Below are positions 30,014 through 42,095 of a DNA stretch of 64,000 nucleotides, piece after piece. Positions within the stretch are counted from its first letter, which is position 1. The number at the start of each line of letters is the position of its first letter. The position numbers were made by a program, and so were the translations under genes. The notes under the pieces were generated by a model. It was not told the DNA's origin and ran no database searches. It worked only from the letters and a program-made list of their open reading frames with translations. Origin of the DNA: Polaromonas sp. (GTDB taxonomy: Bacteria > Pseudomonadota > Gammaproteobacteria > Burkholderiales > Burkholderiaceae_C). Location of the stretch: NCBI GenBank assembly GCA_031426635.1, contig JASJPN010000035.1, positions 237 to 64,236 on the forward strand. Reading direction: 5' to 3'.

Positions 30014-31228
30014 TCACGCGCACGCCTCTTGCAACGCCGAGTGCACCTCGCCAAGCGCTTGCAATAATTGGTCAATGTCTTGCTCAGTGTGTGCCGCCGA
30101 CAGCGCGATACGCATGCGTGCCGTGCCCTGTGCAACGGTAGGTGGACGAATAGCTGGCACCCAAATACCGCGCTGCCTCAAGCCCTCCATCACAGCCAGT
30201 GCATCCTCATTTGAACCAATCAATAAAGGTTGAATGGGTGTGTTTGATGGCAATATTTGCCACGAAGAATCACCCAGCATGTCCGTCAAACCCTGACGCA
30301 ACCGTGCAATCAATCCCATCAAGTGATCACGTCTCCATTGCTCTTGCTCTATCACCTTCAAACTGACGCGCAACGCACTAGCCAGCATAGGCGGCGCAGC
30401 GGTTGCAAAGATGTAGCTGCGCGTTGATTGCATCAGCCATTCAATCAACGATTCATCGCCCGCCACAAACGCGCCAGCGACCCCGGCCGCCTTGCCCAAA
30501 GTTGCCATATAAAGTATGCGTCGTTTGGCTTGGTCTCCATTCAATCCAACTTGCGCCAGACTCCCGTTTCCTATCGGACCAAGCACGCCAAAACCATGTG
30601 CGTCATCCAATAGCAGCAACGCATCATGCTGCTCGCATAATCGGTGCAGCGCAGCTATATCTGCGACATCGCCATCCATGCTGAATACCGCGTCGCTCAT
30701 CACCAGTTTTCGTTTTGCAGTGCTCTGTGACATGGCCGCTTCAAGCCCGTCAAGATGCTGATGCGTGTAGCGATGAATACTGGCTTTCGACAAACGTGCA
30801 CCATCAATCAGGCAAGCATGGTTCAAAGTGTCAGAAAAAATAGCGTCGCCAGTACCCACCAAAGCGGGCACGATACCCATATTGGCGGCATAGCCTGCGT
30901 AAAAATAAAGTGCGCGTGGCAACTGCACAAATTCGGCAAGCTCGCGTTCCAGGCCATCATTCTCGGCACTGTGCCCCGTGACCAGGGGCGACGCTGATGC
31001 ACCTACTCCACTCTTTCTGGCACCCGCGCATGCTGCTTCAATTAATGCCGGGTGCCTGGCAAGTCCAAGGTAGTCATTGCTACAAAACGCCAATAAATTC
31101 TGTCCATCCACATGGAGGTACGCGCCTTGACTGGGCACAACCATTCTTCGCTTGCGGCGCAAGTGCACCTCGTCCAGATGTGTCAGCTTCTCGGCAAACT
31201 CATCAATCCAGGAATTTTTTATAACCAT
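30014..31228 (-). CDS. bioF: 8-amino-7-oxononanoate synthase
   Basis: PLP enzyme of the AONS family (FCSNDYLGL, SDTLNHACLIDG, DDAHGFGVLG, TLGKAAG). Overlaps the bioD stop by 10 nt. Confidence 0.9.
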   Translation of the reverse strand: MVIKNSWIDEFAEKLTHLDEVHLRRKRRMVVPSQGAYLHVDGQNLLAFCSNDYLGLARHPALIEAACAGARKSGVGASASPLVTGHSAENDGLERELAEFVQLPRALYFYAGYAANMGIVPALVGTGDAIFSDTLNHACLIDGARLSKASIHRYTHQHLDGLEAAMSQSTAKRKLVMSDAVFSMDGDVADIAALHRLCEQHDALLLLDDAHGFGVLGPIGNGSLAQVGLNGDQAKRRILYMATLGKAAGVAGAFVAGDESLIEWLMQSTRSYIFATAAPPMLASALRVSLKVIEQEQWRRDHLMGLIARLRQGLTDMLGDSSWQILPSNTPIQPLLIGSNEDALAVMEGLRQRGIWVPAIRPPTVAQGTARMRIALSAAHTEQDIDQLLQALGEVHSALQEACA

Positions 31229-31929
31229 AAATTTGAAATATCGATGTTGACAGCACGCCCATCATCCTGTGGTTGATGGGGCATGTGCGCCAACATCGGC
31301 GTTTGCAAGCGTTTTTGTAAAAAAATGATGTTGTCGCTCTGCGCATCCATGTGAGCCTCTACTTCGTTGGCGACCCAACCCGCTAGCACCAAGCCCCGGC
31401 TGCGTATGGCTTCAGCCGTCAGTAAGGCGTGGTTTAAACAGCCAAGCCGAAGTCCCACCACCAGTATCACCGGCAAACCAAGCGCACAGGCCAAATCGGC
31501 TCCCGTCAGTTCGTCAGACAAGGGCACATGAAAACCGCCAGCCCCCTCGACCACCACCACATCGGCCTGCTGCATCAGCTGCCTGTGGCAAGCCACCAAA
31601 TGGGCTATGTCGATATCAACACCAGCACGTTGCGCCGCGATATGCGGCGACAAAGCGTCATGCAAGAGCAAGGGATTATCCAACTCAGGGGGGGCCACCC
31701 AGTTTGATGCGGCACGCAATAACAACACATCGTCGTTGTCGTGTGTGTCGTTGATCAATTGGCTGCCCGCTGCGACGGGTTTCATACCCACAATACGCTT
31801 ATCCTGGTAATCAGGATGGCGTGACAAACTGCTTAGCAAGCTGGTTGTGAAACGTGTTTTTCCTACCCCTGTATCAGTACCTGTGACAAAACAAGAGCGT
31901 CGTGTTTGCTCAGTGTGAAAGGGGGGCAT
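31219..31929 (-). CDS. bioD: dethiobiotin synthase
   Basis: CFVTGTDTGVGKT P-loop. ATG 31929 is preceded by GAGGAG. The ORF-track start at 31980 was trimmed. Confidence 0.88.
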   Translation of the reverse strand: MPPFHTEQTRRSCFVTGTDTGVGKTRFTTSLLSSLSRHPDYQDKRIVGMKPVAAGSQLINDTHDNDDVLLLRAASNWVAPPELDNPLLLHDALSPHIAAQRAGVDIDIAHLVACHRQLMQQADVVVVEGAGGFHVPLSDELTGADLACALGLPVILVVGLRLGCLNHALLTAEAIRSRGLVLAGWVANEVEAHMDAQSDNIIFLQKRLQTPMLAHMPHQPQDDGRAVNIDISNLWL

Positions 31930-31935
31930 GGCTTG

Positions 31936-31959
31936 ACTCCTCTCTGTACTCCTCTCTGT
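31936..31959. repeat. perfect 12-bp tandem duplication in the bioA-bioD spacer
   Basis: ACTCCTCTCTGT x2 (31936-31947 and 31948-31959). On the coding (minus) strand this is ACAGAGAGGAGT x2, which duplicates a GAGGAG Shine-Dalgarno-like element upstream of bioD. Confidence 0.9.
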
Positions 31960-31969
31960 ATGCATCTCT

Positions 31970-33286
31970 CTACTCTTCATTCAGCGTGGCCTCTAGCGCT
32001 GTGAGTGCGCCAGCACCGAGGTGGTATGCGGCCTCAAGATCAATCACGTAAGGCGGCATGAAATAAAGCGTATTACCAATCGGGCGTAGCAGCAAACCTT
32101 GCGCCAAAGCATGGCAATAATAGCGAGAAGAAAAATCAATCAATGTTGTCTCAACATCCCAAGCCCAAATCATGCCTAAGCGCCGCGCATGGCGCACGCG
32201 GGGATGCTGTGTGATGGCCGTAAAAACAGTGTCTAACTGGGTCGCCAAAACTTCGTTTGTGGCGAGTTGCTTGTCTTGTTCAAACAACGCTAGCGTGGCA
32301 AGCGCCGCGCGGCAAGCCAGTGGGTTGCCGGTGTAAGAATGGGAATGCAAAAAACCACGTGCTACCTCATCGCCGTAAAACGCTTGGTAAATGCCATCAC
32401 GGGTCAAGACAGCAGACAAAGGCAAGGTTCCGCCCGTCAAACCTTTTGACAGGCAAATAAAGTCTGGCGTGATGCCGGCATGCTGATGGGCAAACATCTT
32501 GCCCGTCCGCCCAAATCCAGTGGCAATTTCGTCGACCACCAGGTGAACGTCGTAACGGTCACAGGCAGCGCGCGCAAGCTGCAGGTATCCGGCATCAAAC
32601 ATCGCCATCCCTGCAGCACATTGCACCATGGGCTCAAGAATCAAGGCCGCCGTTTCGTGGTGGTTCTCTATCAACCACGCTTCCAAGGCTTGAGCACACC
32701 TGTGCGCAACATCGGCAGCAGTTTCACCATCAACTGCATGGCGCGCATCAGGGCTCGGGACGGTTGCTGCCAGACGCACCAGCGGGGCATAAGCCTGGCG
32801 GAATATGTCCATGTCCGTCACAGCAAGCGCGCCGACTGTTTCCCCATGGTAACCACCTGCAAGCCCAACAAAACGGTTTTTTTCGGGCCGTCCTTGATTG
32901 CGCCAGTAATGCGCGCTCATCTTCAACGCAATTTCAGTGGCTGATGAGCCATCACTGCCGTAAAAAGCGTGCCCTAGTCCCGTTAACTCTGCTAATTTTT
33001 CTGATAAATCCACCACTGGCTGATGCGTTAAGCCTGCCAGCATCACGTGATCTACGCGATCTAACTGATCAATCAATGCCGCCTTGATGGCTGGGTGGTT
33101 ATGACCAAACAAATTCACCCACCAAGAGCTGATGCCATCCAGGTAACGATTGCCCTCAAAATCAAACAACCAAACACCTTCCGCGCGCGCTATGGCGACC
33201 AAGGGTTGCGTCTCGTGCCGTTTCATCTGGGTACAGGGGTGCCAGACATGGCGCAAACTGCGCGCAATGAGTGTGTTGTTGTCCAT
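31970..33286 (-). CDS. bioA: adenosylmethionine-8-amino-7-oxononanoate aminotransferase
   Basis: Starts MDNNTLIARSLRHVWHPCTQM, with class-III aminotransferase motifs (DEIATGFGRTGKMFA, LSKGLTGG). ATG 33286 lies 7 nt after the thiDE stop. The ORF-track start at 33472 was trimmed. Confidence 0.9.
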   Translation of the reverse strand: MDNNTLIARSLRHVWHPCTQMKRHETQPLVAIARAEGVWLFDFEGNRYLDGISSWWVNLFGHNHPAIKAALIDQLDRVDHVMLAGLTHQPVVDLSEKLAELTGLGHAFYGSDGSSATEIALKMSAHYWRNQGRPEKNRFVGLAGGYHGETVGALAVTDMDIFRQAYAPLVRLAATVPSPDARHAVDGETAADVAHRCAQALEAWLIENHHETAALILEPMVQCAAGMAMFDAGYLQLARAACDRYDVHLVVDEIATGFGRTGKMFAHQHAGITPDFICLSKGLTGGTLPLSAVLTRDGIYQAFYGDEVARGFLHSHSYTGNPLACRAALATLALFEQDKQLATNEVLATQLDTVFTAITQHPRVRHARRLGMIWAWDVETTLIDFSSRYYCHALAQGLLLRPIGNTLYFMPPYVIDLEAAYHLGAGALTALEATLNEE

Positions 33287-33293
33287 ACGGAGT

Positions 33294-34928
33294 TTAATAA
33301 CTGAGCGTCGCCTGAGCCAGCAAGGGCATGGCAACGCGCTCTTGCCGAGGGTCCAACAGGGTCGCTTGCTGCAATGCCTCAATAGCCAACTCGGGCGACT
33401 CTGCCGAACAAATGGCGCTGATGAAAGCAACCCCAGACGCGCCACACTGCATGGCTTGCTGCGCACGTTCACCCGTCATGCCACCAATGGCTACCACGGG
33501 CAATGGCAACAGCGCACTCCAGTACGCCAGGTTCCGGTTGGTTTGCGCCCTCCAAGGCATGTCTTTGGCACGGGTGGGATGGATGGGACCGCAAGCAATA
33601 TAACTTGGCTGAAGCTGCCAGGCACGGCACACTTCCCAATAACAATGTGTACTGATGCCCAGTCGCAACCCCGCTTGAGCAATCGCATTCAAATCAGCAC
33701 TTTGCAAATCTTCTTGCCCTAAATGAATGCCGTAGGCGCCCTCTTCAATGGCAATTTTCCAGTGGTCATTGATAAACAACTGCGCACTTGCCATGCGCGC
33801 ATAGGCAATTGATCGCCGCACTTCTTGCCTGATGTGATCTTGTTCTTTTGTCGCATCAAGACGCCCGTCCGTATCCTCATCGTGAGCGGCATGCTTGATG
33901 CGCAACTGTACGGTTCGCACGCCGGCATCCAGTACCCGCTGCACCCAGTCGGCACTGTCAACCACAGCATACAGGCCCATCGAGGGCTCGCTCAAAGCCG
34001 CAAAAGCCAATGGGCTGGCCACATGCGATAAACCAGGTAAGCTGGGTAAGCTAAAACCAGGCAAATTGTCAATGTGTTGGGAGAAATCGAACCGTGGGCG
34101 TACCGGGCCTGCGCCCTGTCCTGCCTGATAGCCCTGCCGCAGCGCATGCGTGGTCGCCATTTTGGCCAAAACAAGGGCCTCCATGCTAACGAAACCACGC
34201 GCCATGGCCGCCGCCACGCTGGCTGCAAAGACGCAGCCGGTGCCATGATGATTGGCCGTATTGACGCGCGGCAAACTCAGCCACCCTTGGGTATGCGGGC
34301 TGATGACATAGTCTTCACTGCGTGTGCCCTGTGCATCCCCGCCGGTGATGATCACCGCTTTGCAACCTAAAACGACCAGTGACTCGGCGGCATCTTTGAC
34401 CGCCAACGCATCGATCAAGGGGGGGTGCAGAAGCAGCATCGCCGCTTCAGCACGATTCGGTGTGATCACATCGGCACGTGGCAGCAACTCTTCGCGATAC
34501 GCTTGAATCAAATCTGCCTGCGCGAAAGCGACACCTGTGGTGGCGCTGAGCACAGGGTCCACCACGACGACCAGATGCGGGTTTTGCAGACGCAAGCGGT
34601 CAATCCATTGCACCAATACACGCAGGTTGTCCACGCTGCCAATCATGCCAACCTTGATGGACGCAGGCGGCATATCCTCTGCCAACGCAGCCAGTTGCGC
34701 ATCAAGTACCGTGGCAAGAACAGGCGAGATAAGCTGAACGCTCAGCGAGTTTTGTGCCGTGATAGCCGCCACGACGGTGCAGCCATGCACCTCCATCGCC
34801 TCAAAGGCGCGTACATCGGCTTGCAAGCCAGCGCCAGCACCGGAGTCTGACCCAGCCACAGACCAAACAATGGGTGGACGCTCCGAGGTAAGCGCAGGTT
34901 GCGACCTTGCTGAAGTGGCTCTACTCAT
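33294..34928 (-). CDS. thiDE: bifunctional HMP/HMP-P kinase (ThiD) - thiamine-phosphate synthase (ThiE) fusion
   Basis: The N-terminal half is [22 protein letters not shown]...[15 protein letters not shown] (ThiD). The C-terminal half is GLYAVVDS...VQLRIKH...FINDHW...GISTH...VVAIGG (ThiE). It is a single 544-aa ORF. Confidence 0.85.
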   Translation of the reverse strand: MSRATSARSQPALTSERPPIVWSVAGSDSGAGAGLQADVRAFEAMEVHGCTVVAAITAQNSLSVQLISPVLATVLDAQLAALAEDMPPASIKVGMIGSVDNLRVLVQWIDRLRLQNPHLVVVVDPVLSATTGVAFAQADLIQAYREELLPRADVITPNRAEAAMLLLHPPLIDALAVKDAAESLVVLGCKAVIITGGDAQGTRSEDYVISPHTQGWLSLPRVNTANHHGTGCVFAASVAAAMARGFVSMEALVLAKMATTHALRQGYQAGQGAGPVRPRFDFSQHIDNLPGFSLPSLPGLSHVASPLAFAALSEPSMGLYAVVDSADWVQRVLDAGVRTVQLRIKHAAHDEDTDGRLDATKEQDHIRQEVRRSIAYARMASAQLFINDHWKIAIEEGAYGIHLGQEDLQSADLNAIAQAGLRLGISTHCYWEVCRAWQLQPSYIACGPIHPTRAKDMPWRAQTNRNLAYWSALLPLPVVAIGGMTGERAQQAMQCGASGVAFISAICSAESPELAIEALQQATLLDPRQERVAMPLLAQATLSY

Positions 34929-35716
34929 ACAAAGGGTCTTCCCGTCACCGGCGTGGTCGCCACGGCCATGTCTTGCGTCGCCATGATGCCTGCCTCATAA
35001 GCCAAACGGCCGGCTTCAATGCCCAACTTGAAGGCCGCAGCCATTTGCACGGGTTGGTGCGCCAAGGCCACGGCAGAATTGAGCAACACCGCGTCAAAAC
35101 CCAACTCCATGGCAAGCGCAGCGTCCGAGGGGCAACCGATGCCAGCATCGACAATCAGGGGCACATCTGGCAAGCGGGCACGCAGTGTACGCAGGGCATA
35201 GGGGTTAAGCAGCCCTTGGCCTGAGCCTATCGGTGCGCCCCAAGGCATCAAAATGCGGCAACCTGCATCCAGCAAACGCCGACAACTGACCAAATCATCC
35301 GTGCAATAGGGGAACACCTCAAAACCCGCGCGCACCAACTCGGTGGTGGCCAGCAACAACTCGAACGGGTCGGGTTGCAAGGTGTGCTCATCGCCCACGA
35401 CTTCCAGCTTGATCCAATGCGTGCCAAACAGCTCTCGTGCCATGTGCGCCAGCGTCACCGCCTCACGCGCGGTGCGGCAACCCGCCGTATTCGGCAACAA
35501 ACGCGCGCCACTTTGGCGAATCAGCTGGTAAAAGTCGTTTTGCGTTGCCTGCCCTGTGGGGGTGTTGGCACCCGCTAACTGACGTTTCAAACCGACCGTC
35601 ACAACCTGCGCGCCAGATGCGGCAATCGCCTGTTGCAATACCTGGGGGGACGGATAGCTAGAGGTTCCCAAAAAAAAACGGCTGCTCAGCTCAACCCCTG
35701 CAATACGAAAACTCAT
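34925..35716 (-). CDS. thiG: thiazole synthase
   Basis: [23 protein letters not shown]...IKLEV...PWGAPIGSG...VDAGIG ThiG motifs. ATG 35716; the ORF-track start at 35812 was trimmed. Confidence 0.93.
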   Translation of the reverse strand: MSFRIAGVELSSRFFLGTSSYPSPQVLQQAIAASGAQVVTVGLKRQLAGANTPTGQATQNDFYQLIRQSGARLLPNTAGCRTAREAVTLAHMARELFGTHWIKLEVVGDEHTLQPDPFELLLATTELVRAGFEVFPYCTDDLVSCRRLLDAGCRILMPWGAPIGSGQGLLNPYALRTLRARLPDVPLIVDAGIGCPSDAALAMELGFDAVLLNSAVALAHQPVQMAAAFKLGIEAGRLAYEAGIMATQDMAVATTPVTGRPFV

Positions 35717-35720
35717 GGCC

Positions 35721-35930
35721 TTAGCCTCCTGTGATGGCTTGAAAAGTAAACACAGCATCACCCGCCACCAACACACGAGCAAATCGGTCGCAGCGGGCAA
35801 CAAATTCTCCATTCACGGCGGTCGCTACAGCTTCTGCCGATTGCCCCGATCGGGCAATGACGTCTGCCAAACTCGTGCCTATGGGGATAGGTTGCGCCTC
35901 TCCATTCAAGGTGATGATGATGTTCTTCAT
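35721..35930 (-). CDS. thiS: sulfur-carrier protein ThiS
   Basis: 69 aa ending in GG (FQAITGG) with a ubiquitin-like ThiS pattern INGE....... ATGA overlap with thiO. Confidence 0.9.
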   Translation of the reverse strand: MKNIIITLNGEAQPIPIGTSLADVIARSGQSAEAVATAVNGEFVARCDRFARVLVAGDAVFTFQAITGG

Positions 35931-37039
35931 CGTGTCTGTAAAGGTTGCCGCATCTTGGCCATGGCCTGCTCGACCAGTGCCGGTGCGATCAACCAGCCAT
36001 GCCGAAACAGACCGTTGATGCGCGTCATGCCTGGCGTACTTTCAAGACGCGGCAAATTATCAGGCAGCGCTGGACGCAGATTGGATTCGCTATGGATGAT
36101 GCGGGCTTCCGCCAGCTCAGGCAGAATGCTGTGCGCGGCTGACAGCAACTCCAGGGTACTGCGCAGCGACACGGGGGAGCGGTCTTCGCTTTCAATCTCG
36201 CTGGCACCGACCACAATTTGTCCGCCTTGGCGTGGCACGACATACACACGGTGACGAGGGTGCAACAAACGCACCGGACGATGCAACACCACGCTGGGCG
36301 CATCGAGCCAGAAAATCTCGCCCCTCACGCCTCGAACCTGAGGCGTGAACCCGACATCTTCGCCTTGATGCCATGCAGCGCCTGGCCGAGCCCCCGTCCC
36401 ACGCACATCAAACACCCAGTCAAAACCACGTTCGCCATTGACCGTGTGCAACACGCCAGGACTCACGCGTTGCACGGACTCCCCCCAATGCCACTGCGCG
36501 CCAAGCCTCAAAGCCACACTGTGCAAAGCCGCCATGGCTTGCAACGTGTGAATTTGCCCCTCGCCAGGCAGCAACCAGGCATGCGCACAGCCGTGAATCG
36601 AAGGCTCCAGCACTTGCAACTCAGGGATAGCCAGCGCTTGCGGGGCAAACTCCGACGGTGCTTTGTGCTTGAGTAAATCAACCACGCGCCGCGCCGCGCC
36701 TTCGTCGCCACGGTGCGCTACCAGCAAACTGCCACGCTGATGAAATTCAACCGGTGCGGATGACTCACCCAGCGCCCCCAACGCTTCCAAGAGCTGCGGC
36801 CAACGAACCAGCGAACGCAACCCCATGGCAAACACAGCGGCGTCAGCACCTTCCAGCTCAGCCACCGGGCTAAGCATGCCCGCAGCGGTCCAACCCGCAG
36901 CACCGCGCGCCTGAGCATCGGGTGCGGGGTCGTACACATCAACGCAGTGACCAGCTTGCGCCAATTCAAACGCCAGCAAACGCCCAAGCAAACCCGCACC
37001 GGCAATACCAATGTGCAGCTTCACGCCTGCATTCTGCAT
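35927..37039 (-). CDS. thiO: FAD-dependent glycine oxidase
   Basis: N-terminal GIAGAGLLGRLLAFELAQAG dinucleotide fold. 370 aa, between thiC and thiS. Confidence 0.8.
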   Translation of the reverse strand: MQNAGVKLHIGIAGAGLLGRLLAFELAQAGHCVDVYDPAPDAQARGAAGWTAAGMLSPVAELEGADAAVFAMGLRSLVRWPQLLEALGALGESSAPVEFHQRGSLLVAHRGDEGAARRVVDLLKHKAPSEFAPQALAIPELQVLEPSIHGCAHAWLLPGEGQIHTLQAMAALHSVALRLGAQWHWGESVQRVSPGVLHTVNGERGFDWVFDVRGTGARPGAAWHQGEDVGFTPQVRGVRGEIFWLDAPSVVLHRPVRLLHPRHRVYVVPRQGGQIVVGASEIESEDRSPVSLRSTLELLSAAHSILPELAEARIIHSESNLRPALPDNLPRLESTPGMTRINGLFRHGWLIAPALVEQAMAKMRQPLQTR

Positions 37040-37044
37040 CTACA

Positions 37045-39166
<2,122 letters not shown>

Positions 39167-39213
39167 TGACTGTAACAGATTTATGCTTCTGCGTGCTTGA
39201 CTGTCGCAGTTGC

Positions 39214-40854
39214 TTACGAATTTGCCGACGCGTTTGCTGGCGAATTCAGGGGCTGCGGATCCAATATCGTCGGCACCGCCTGCGCCGCCAGCTCCGGGTA
39301 GTCGCGACTAAAGTGCAACCCACGGCTCTCGTGACGTAGCATGGCCGATTGCACGATCAAATCGGCCACTTGCACCAAGTTGCGCAGCTCGAGCAAGTCG
39401 CGGGTGACGTGAAAGCGAGCGTAAAACTCCTGGATTTCGGCTTTGAGCAAATCAATGCGGTGCGCCGCACGCTCCAGGCGTTTGTTGGTGCGCACAATGC
39501 CCACATAGTCCCACATGAAACGGCGCAGCTCGGCCCAGTTGTGAGAAATCACCACCAGCTCATCAGCGTCAGTCACGCGGCTGTCATCCCAGTCGGGCAG
39601 TTTCAAGGCGGTGGTTTTAGCGCTGGCTTGGATCAGCGCTGAGGCTGCGCGGGCAAACACCATGCATTCGACCAAGGAGTTGCTGGCCAAACGATTCGCG
39701 CCGTGCAGGCCGGTGTAGGTGGTCTCGCCGACGGCAAGCAGGCCCGCCAGGTCGGTCTGACCATCCAAATCGGTCATCACGCCGCCGCAGGTGTAATGCG
39801 CTGCGGGCACCACGGGAATCGGCTCTTTGGTGATGTCAATACCCAACTCCAGGCAACGCGCCAGGATGTTGGGGAAGTGTTCATGCAAGAATTCGGGTGA
39901 TTTGTGCGAAATATCGAGATAGACGCAGTCCACCCCGTGCTTTTTCATCTCGAAGTCAATCGCCCGGGCCACCACGTCGCGCGGTGCCAATTCGGCTCGT
40001 TCGTCGTGCTCGGGCATGAAGCGCTTGCCGCCCGCCGATGGCGGAAGAAGTAAGCGCCCACCCTCGCCGCGTACCGCTTCAGTGATCAAAAAGCTCTTGG
40101 CGTGCGGGTGGTACAAACAAGTCGGATGGAACTGGATGAACTCCATATTGGCGACGCGGCAGCCGGCGCGCCAGGCGGCGGCAATGCCGTCGCCAGTGGC
40201 GGTGTCTGGGTTGGTGGTGTACAAATACACCTTGCCTGCGCCACCGGTGGCCAAAATGGTGTACGGGGCGGAGAACGCAACCACTTCGTCACTCACCTGG
40301 TTCAGTGCGTACGCGCCCAAACAGCGCTTTTCAGCACGATGTGCAGCGCTTGGGTCATTTTTCACCTTGCTGGTGATCAAATCGACCAGCATGTGCTGCT
40401 CAAAAACGGTCACATTAGGCGTTTCTCGGACGCGCTGCGCCAGCACGCGCTGCACCGCCGCACCCGTGGCGTCGGTGACGTGAACAATGCGGCGCTGGCT
40501 GTGACCGCCTTCTCGGGTGAGGTGAAGTTGCCCATTTTCTTGCGAAAACGCCACCCCCAGCGACTGTAGCCAAGCAATGGTCTCGGGTGCGTGTTCGATG
40601 GTGAATTGCGTCGCAGGCAAGTCGCACAACCCCGCACCAGCGACCAAAGTATCGTCAACGTGCGACTTAAAGCTGTCATCTTTGCTTAAAACGGCTGCAA
40701 TACCGCCCTGCGCCCAAGCGCTTGAACCATCGCCCAAAGCGTTTTTGGTTAATATGGCTACGCGGTGCGTGGCGGCCAGGTGCAGGGCAGCGGTCAAACC
40801 GGCCAGACCGCTGCCGACGATGACAACATCGAACTGATGGGTGGTGGATGTCAT
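39214..40854 (-). CDS. nadB: L-aspartate oxidase
   Basis: DVVIVGSGLAGLTAAL FAD fold and succinate-DH/fumarate-reductase flavoprotein blocks (HYTCGGV, GLHGANRLASNSL). Confidence 0.93.
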   Translation of the reverse strand: MTSTTHQFDVVIVGSGLAGLTAALHLAATHRVAILTKNALGDGSSAWAQGGIAAVLSKDDSFKSHVDDTLVAGAGLCDLPATQFTIEHAPETIAWLQSLGVAFSQENGQLHLTREGGHSQRRIVHVTDATGAAVQRVLAQRVRETPNVTVFEQHMLVDLITSKVKNDPSAAHRAEKRCLGAYALNQVSDEVVAFSAPYTILATGGAGKVYLYTTNPDTATGDGIAAAWRAGCRVANMEFIQFHPTCLYHPHAKSFLITEAVRGEGGRLLLPPSAGGKRFMPEHDERAELAPRDVVARAIDFEMKKHGVDCVYLDISHKSPEFLHEHFPNILARCLELGIDITKEPIPVVPAAHYTCGGVMTDLDGQTDLAGLLAVGETTYTGLHGANRLASNSLVECMVFARAASALIQASAKTTALKLPDWDDSRVTDADELVVISHNWAELRRFMWDYVGIVRTNKRLERAAHRIDLLKAEIQEFYARFHVTRDLLELRNLVQVADLIVQSAMLRHESRGLHFSRDYPELAAQAVPTILDPQPLNSPANASANS

Positions 40855-40871
40855 AAAAAATTAACTGGGTG

Positions 40872-41732
40872 TCAGTTCGGCGTATAAGCTAGACGCACAT
40901 AAATCGGCGCAAAGGCTTCGGCTTGGGTAATGTCAATCAAGGTCTCTTTGGCCAGCTCGAGCATGGCAATAAAAGTCACGACCAACACGGGAATGCCCTT
41001 GGCGGGGTCGAAGAGTTTTTCAAATTCAACAAAATGCTTGCCCTGCAACTTGCGCAGCACAATACTCATGTGCTCGCGCACCGACAGCTCTTCACGGCTG
41101 ATGGTGTGGTGTTGCACCAGTTTGGCACGCTTCATGATGTCGCGCCAAGCCGCCTGCAAATCCAGTGCATCGACATCAGGAAAACGCGGCTGTAGCGATT
41201 GCTCGATGTACACCTGCGCCCGCAGCACGTCGCGGCCCAACTGCGGTAAGTTGTTGATTTTCATGGCGGCGAGCTTCATTTGCTCGTACTCCATCAGGCG
41301 ACGCACCAGTTCGGCGCGCGGGTCTTCGGGCTCTATACCCTCCGCCGTCTTTTTCGGCGGCAGCAACATGCGTGATTTGATCTCAATCAGCATCGCCGCC
41401 ATCAAGAGGTATTCAGCCGCCAACTCCAGGTTGTGGCTACGAATTTCCTCCACATAACTCAGGTATTGGCGCGTCAGCCCCGCCATCGGGATGTCCAAAA
41501 TATTGAAATTTTGTTTGCGAATCAGGTACAGCAGCAGGTCCAGCGGCCCTTCAAACGCCTCTAAAAACACCTCCAGCGCGTCGGGTGGGATGTACAAATC
41601 GTGCGGCAGGTTGAACAAAGGCTCGCCATACAGGCGTGCCAACGCGACCTGGTCAACCACCCGTGGCATCGCCAACAGGCTGGCCTGCTCCGTCAGCCCA
41701 GGCGTGGTGTTTGATTCCCCGGATTCAATCAT
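40872..41732 (-). CDS. scpA: segregation and condensation protein A
   Basis: FEGPLDLLLYLIRKQNFNILDIPMA kleisin N-terminal motif. The start is uncertain because there is no SD before ATG 41732. An internal M at MPRVVDQ is possible. Confidence 0.85.
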   Translation of the reverse strand: MIESGESNTTPGLTEQASLLAMPRVVDQVALARLYGEPLFNLPHDLYIPPDALEVFLEAFEGPLDLLLYLIRKQNFNILDIPMAGLTRQYLSYVEEIRSHNLELAAEYLLMAAMLIEIKSRMLLPPKKTAEGIEPEDPRAELVRRLMEYEQMKLAAMKINNLPQLGRDVLRAQVYIEQSLQPRFPDVDALDLQAAWRDIMKRAKLVQHHTISREELSVREHMSIVLRKLQGKHFVEFEKLFDPAKGIPVLVVTFIAMLELAKETLIDITQAEAFAPIYVRLAYTPN

Positions 41733-41773
41733 GCTATATTTTTAATAGCAACAAATGCATTAAATACGCTGGC
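41733..41773. repeat. AT-rich bipartite module copy (GCTA-N9-TAGC-N18-GCTGGC), intergenic and abutting the scpA start codon
   Basis: tGCTAtatttttaaTAGCa at 41733-41749, an 18-nt spacer, and GCTGGC at 41768-41773, followed by the palindrome GGCTATAGCC. Confidence 0.7.
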
Positions 41774-41821
41774 TATAGCCATATTCATCCAATATTTCAA
41801 ACAAAATAACACCCCTCAAAC

Positions 41822-42028
41822 TCAGCTCGGCTCAGTTTGATAAACGTAGGGGTTTTGTGCCACCGCACCGTCTCGGTACTCGGCTTGCAGACCACGATCG
41901 ACATTTTTGTCCCACAACAAGGCGCGGCCCGCGCGCTGTTCAGCCTCCAAGCCGGGTTTGTCAGTTTTCAGCTTTTCAATAAACAAAGTCACATCTGACT
42001 GGTAGTCGGGGCGGCGAAAGATGGTCAT
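41822..42028 (-). CDS. small conserved protein (DUF3460-like)
   Basis: 68 aa, MTIFRRPDYQSDVTLFIEKLK...LLWDK. By recollection it matches the small DUF3460 family found next to scpA in Burkholderiales. Confidence 0.55.
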   Translation of the reverse strand: MTIFRRPDYQSDVTLFIEKLKTDKPGLEAEQRAGRALLWDKNVDRGLQAEYRDGAVAQNPYVYQTEPS

Positions 42029-42095
42029 ACTGAGATTCCTATTCGTTCTTATGTAACTGTCATTTACTTTTTACAACAATCTTTGATTTTACGAG

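Noticed and set aside
27984-33300. A visibly lower-GC stretch (pabB to bioA) as a horizontally acquired island
   Set aside because: I saw no integrase, tRNA, flanking direct repeats or mobility genes. The content is core cofactor metabolism, and the GC difference was judged by eye only. It is mentioned under the pabB finding rather than called as an island.
33287-33472. N-terminal extensions in the ORF track (bioA to 33472, thiC to 39036, thiG to 35812, gspD from 6035, DUF3305-like from 56149, OFA transporter from 49812, aroE to 20906, panB to 24405)
   Set aside because: The extensions overlap the upstream gene and encode Cys/Arg/Trp-rich non-homologous sequence. Internal ATGs give canonical N-termini, often with an SD and tight stop-start spacing.
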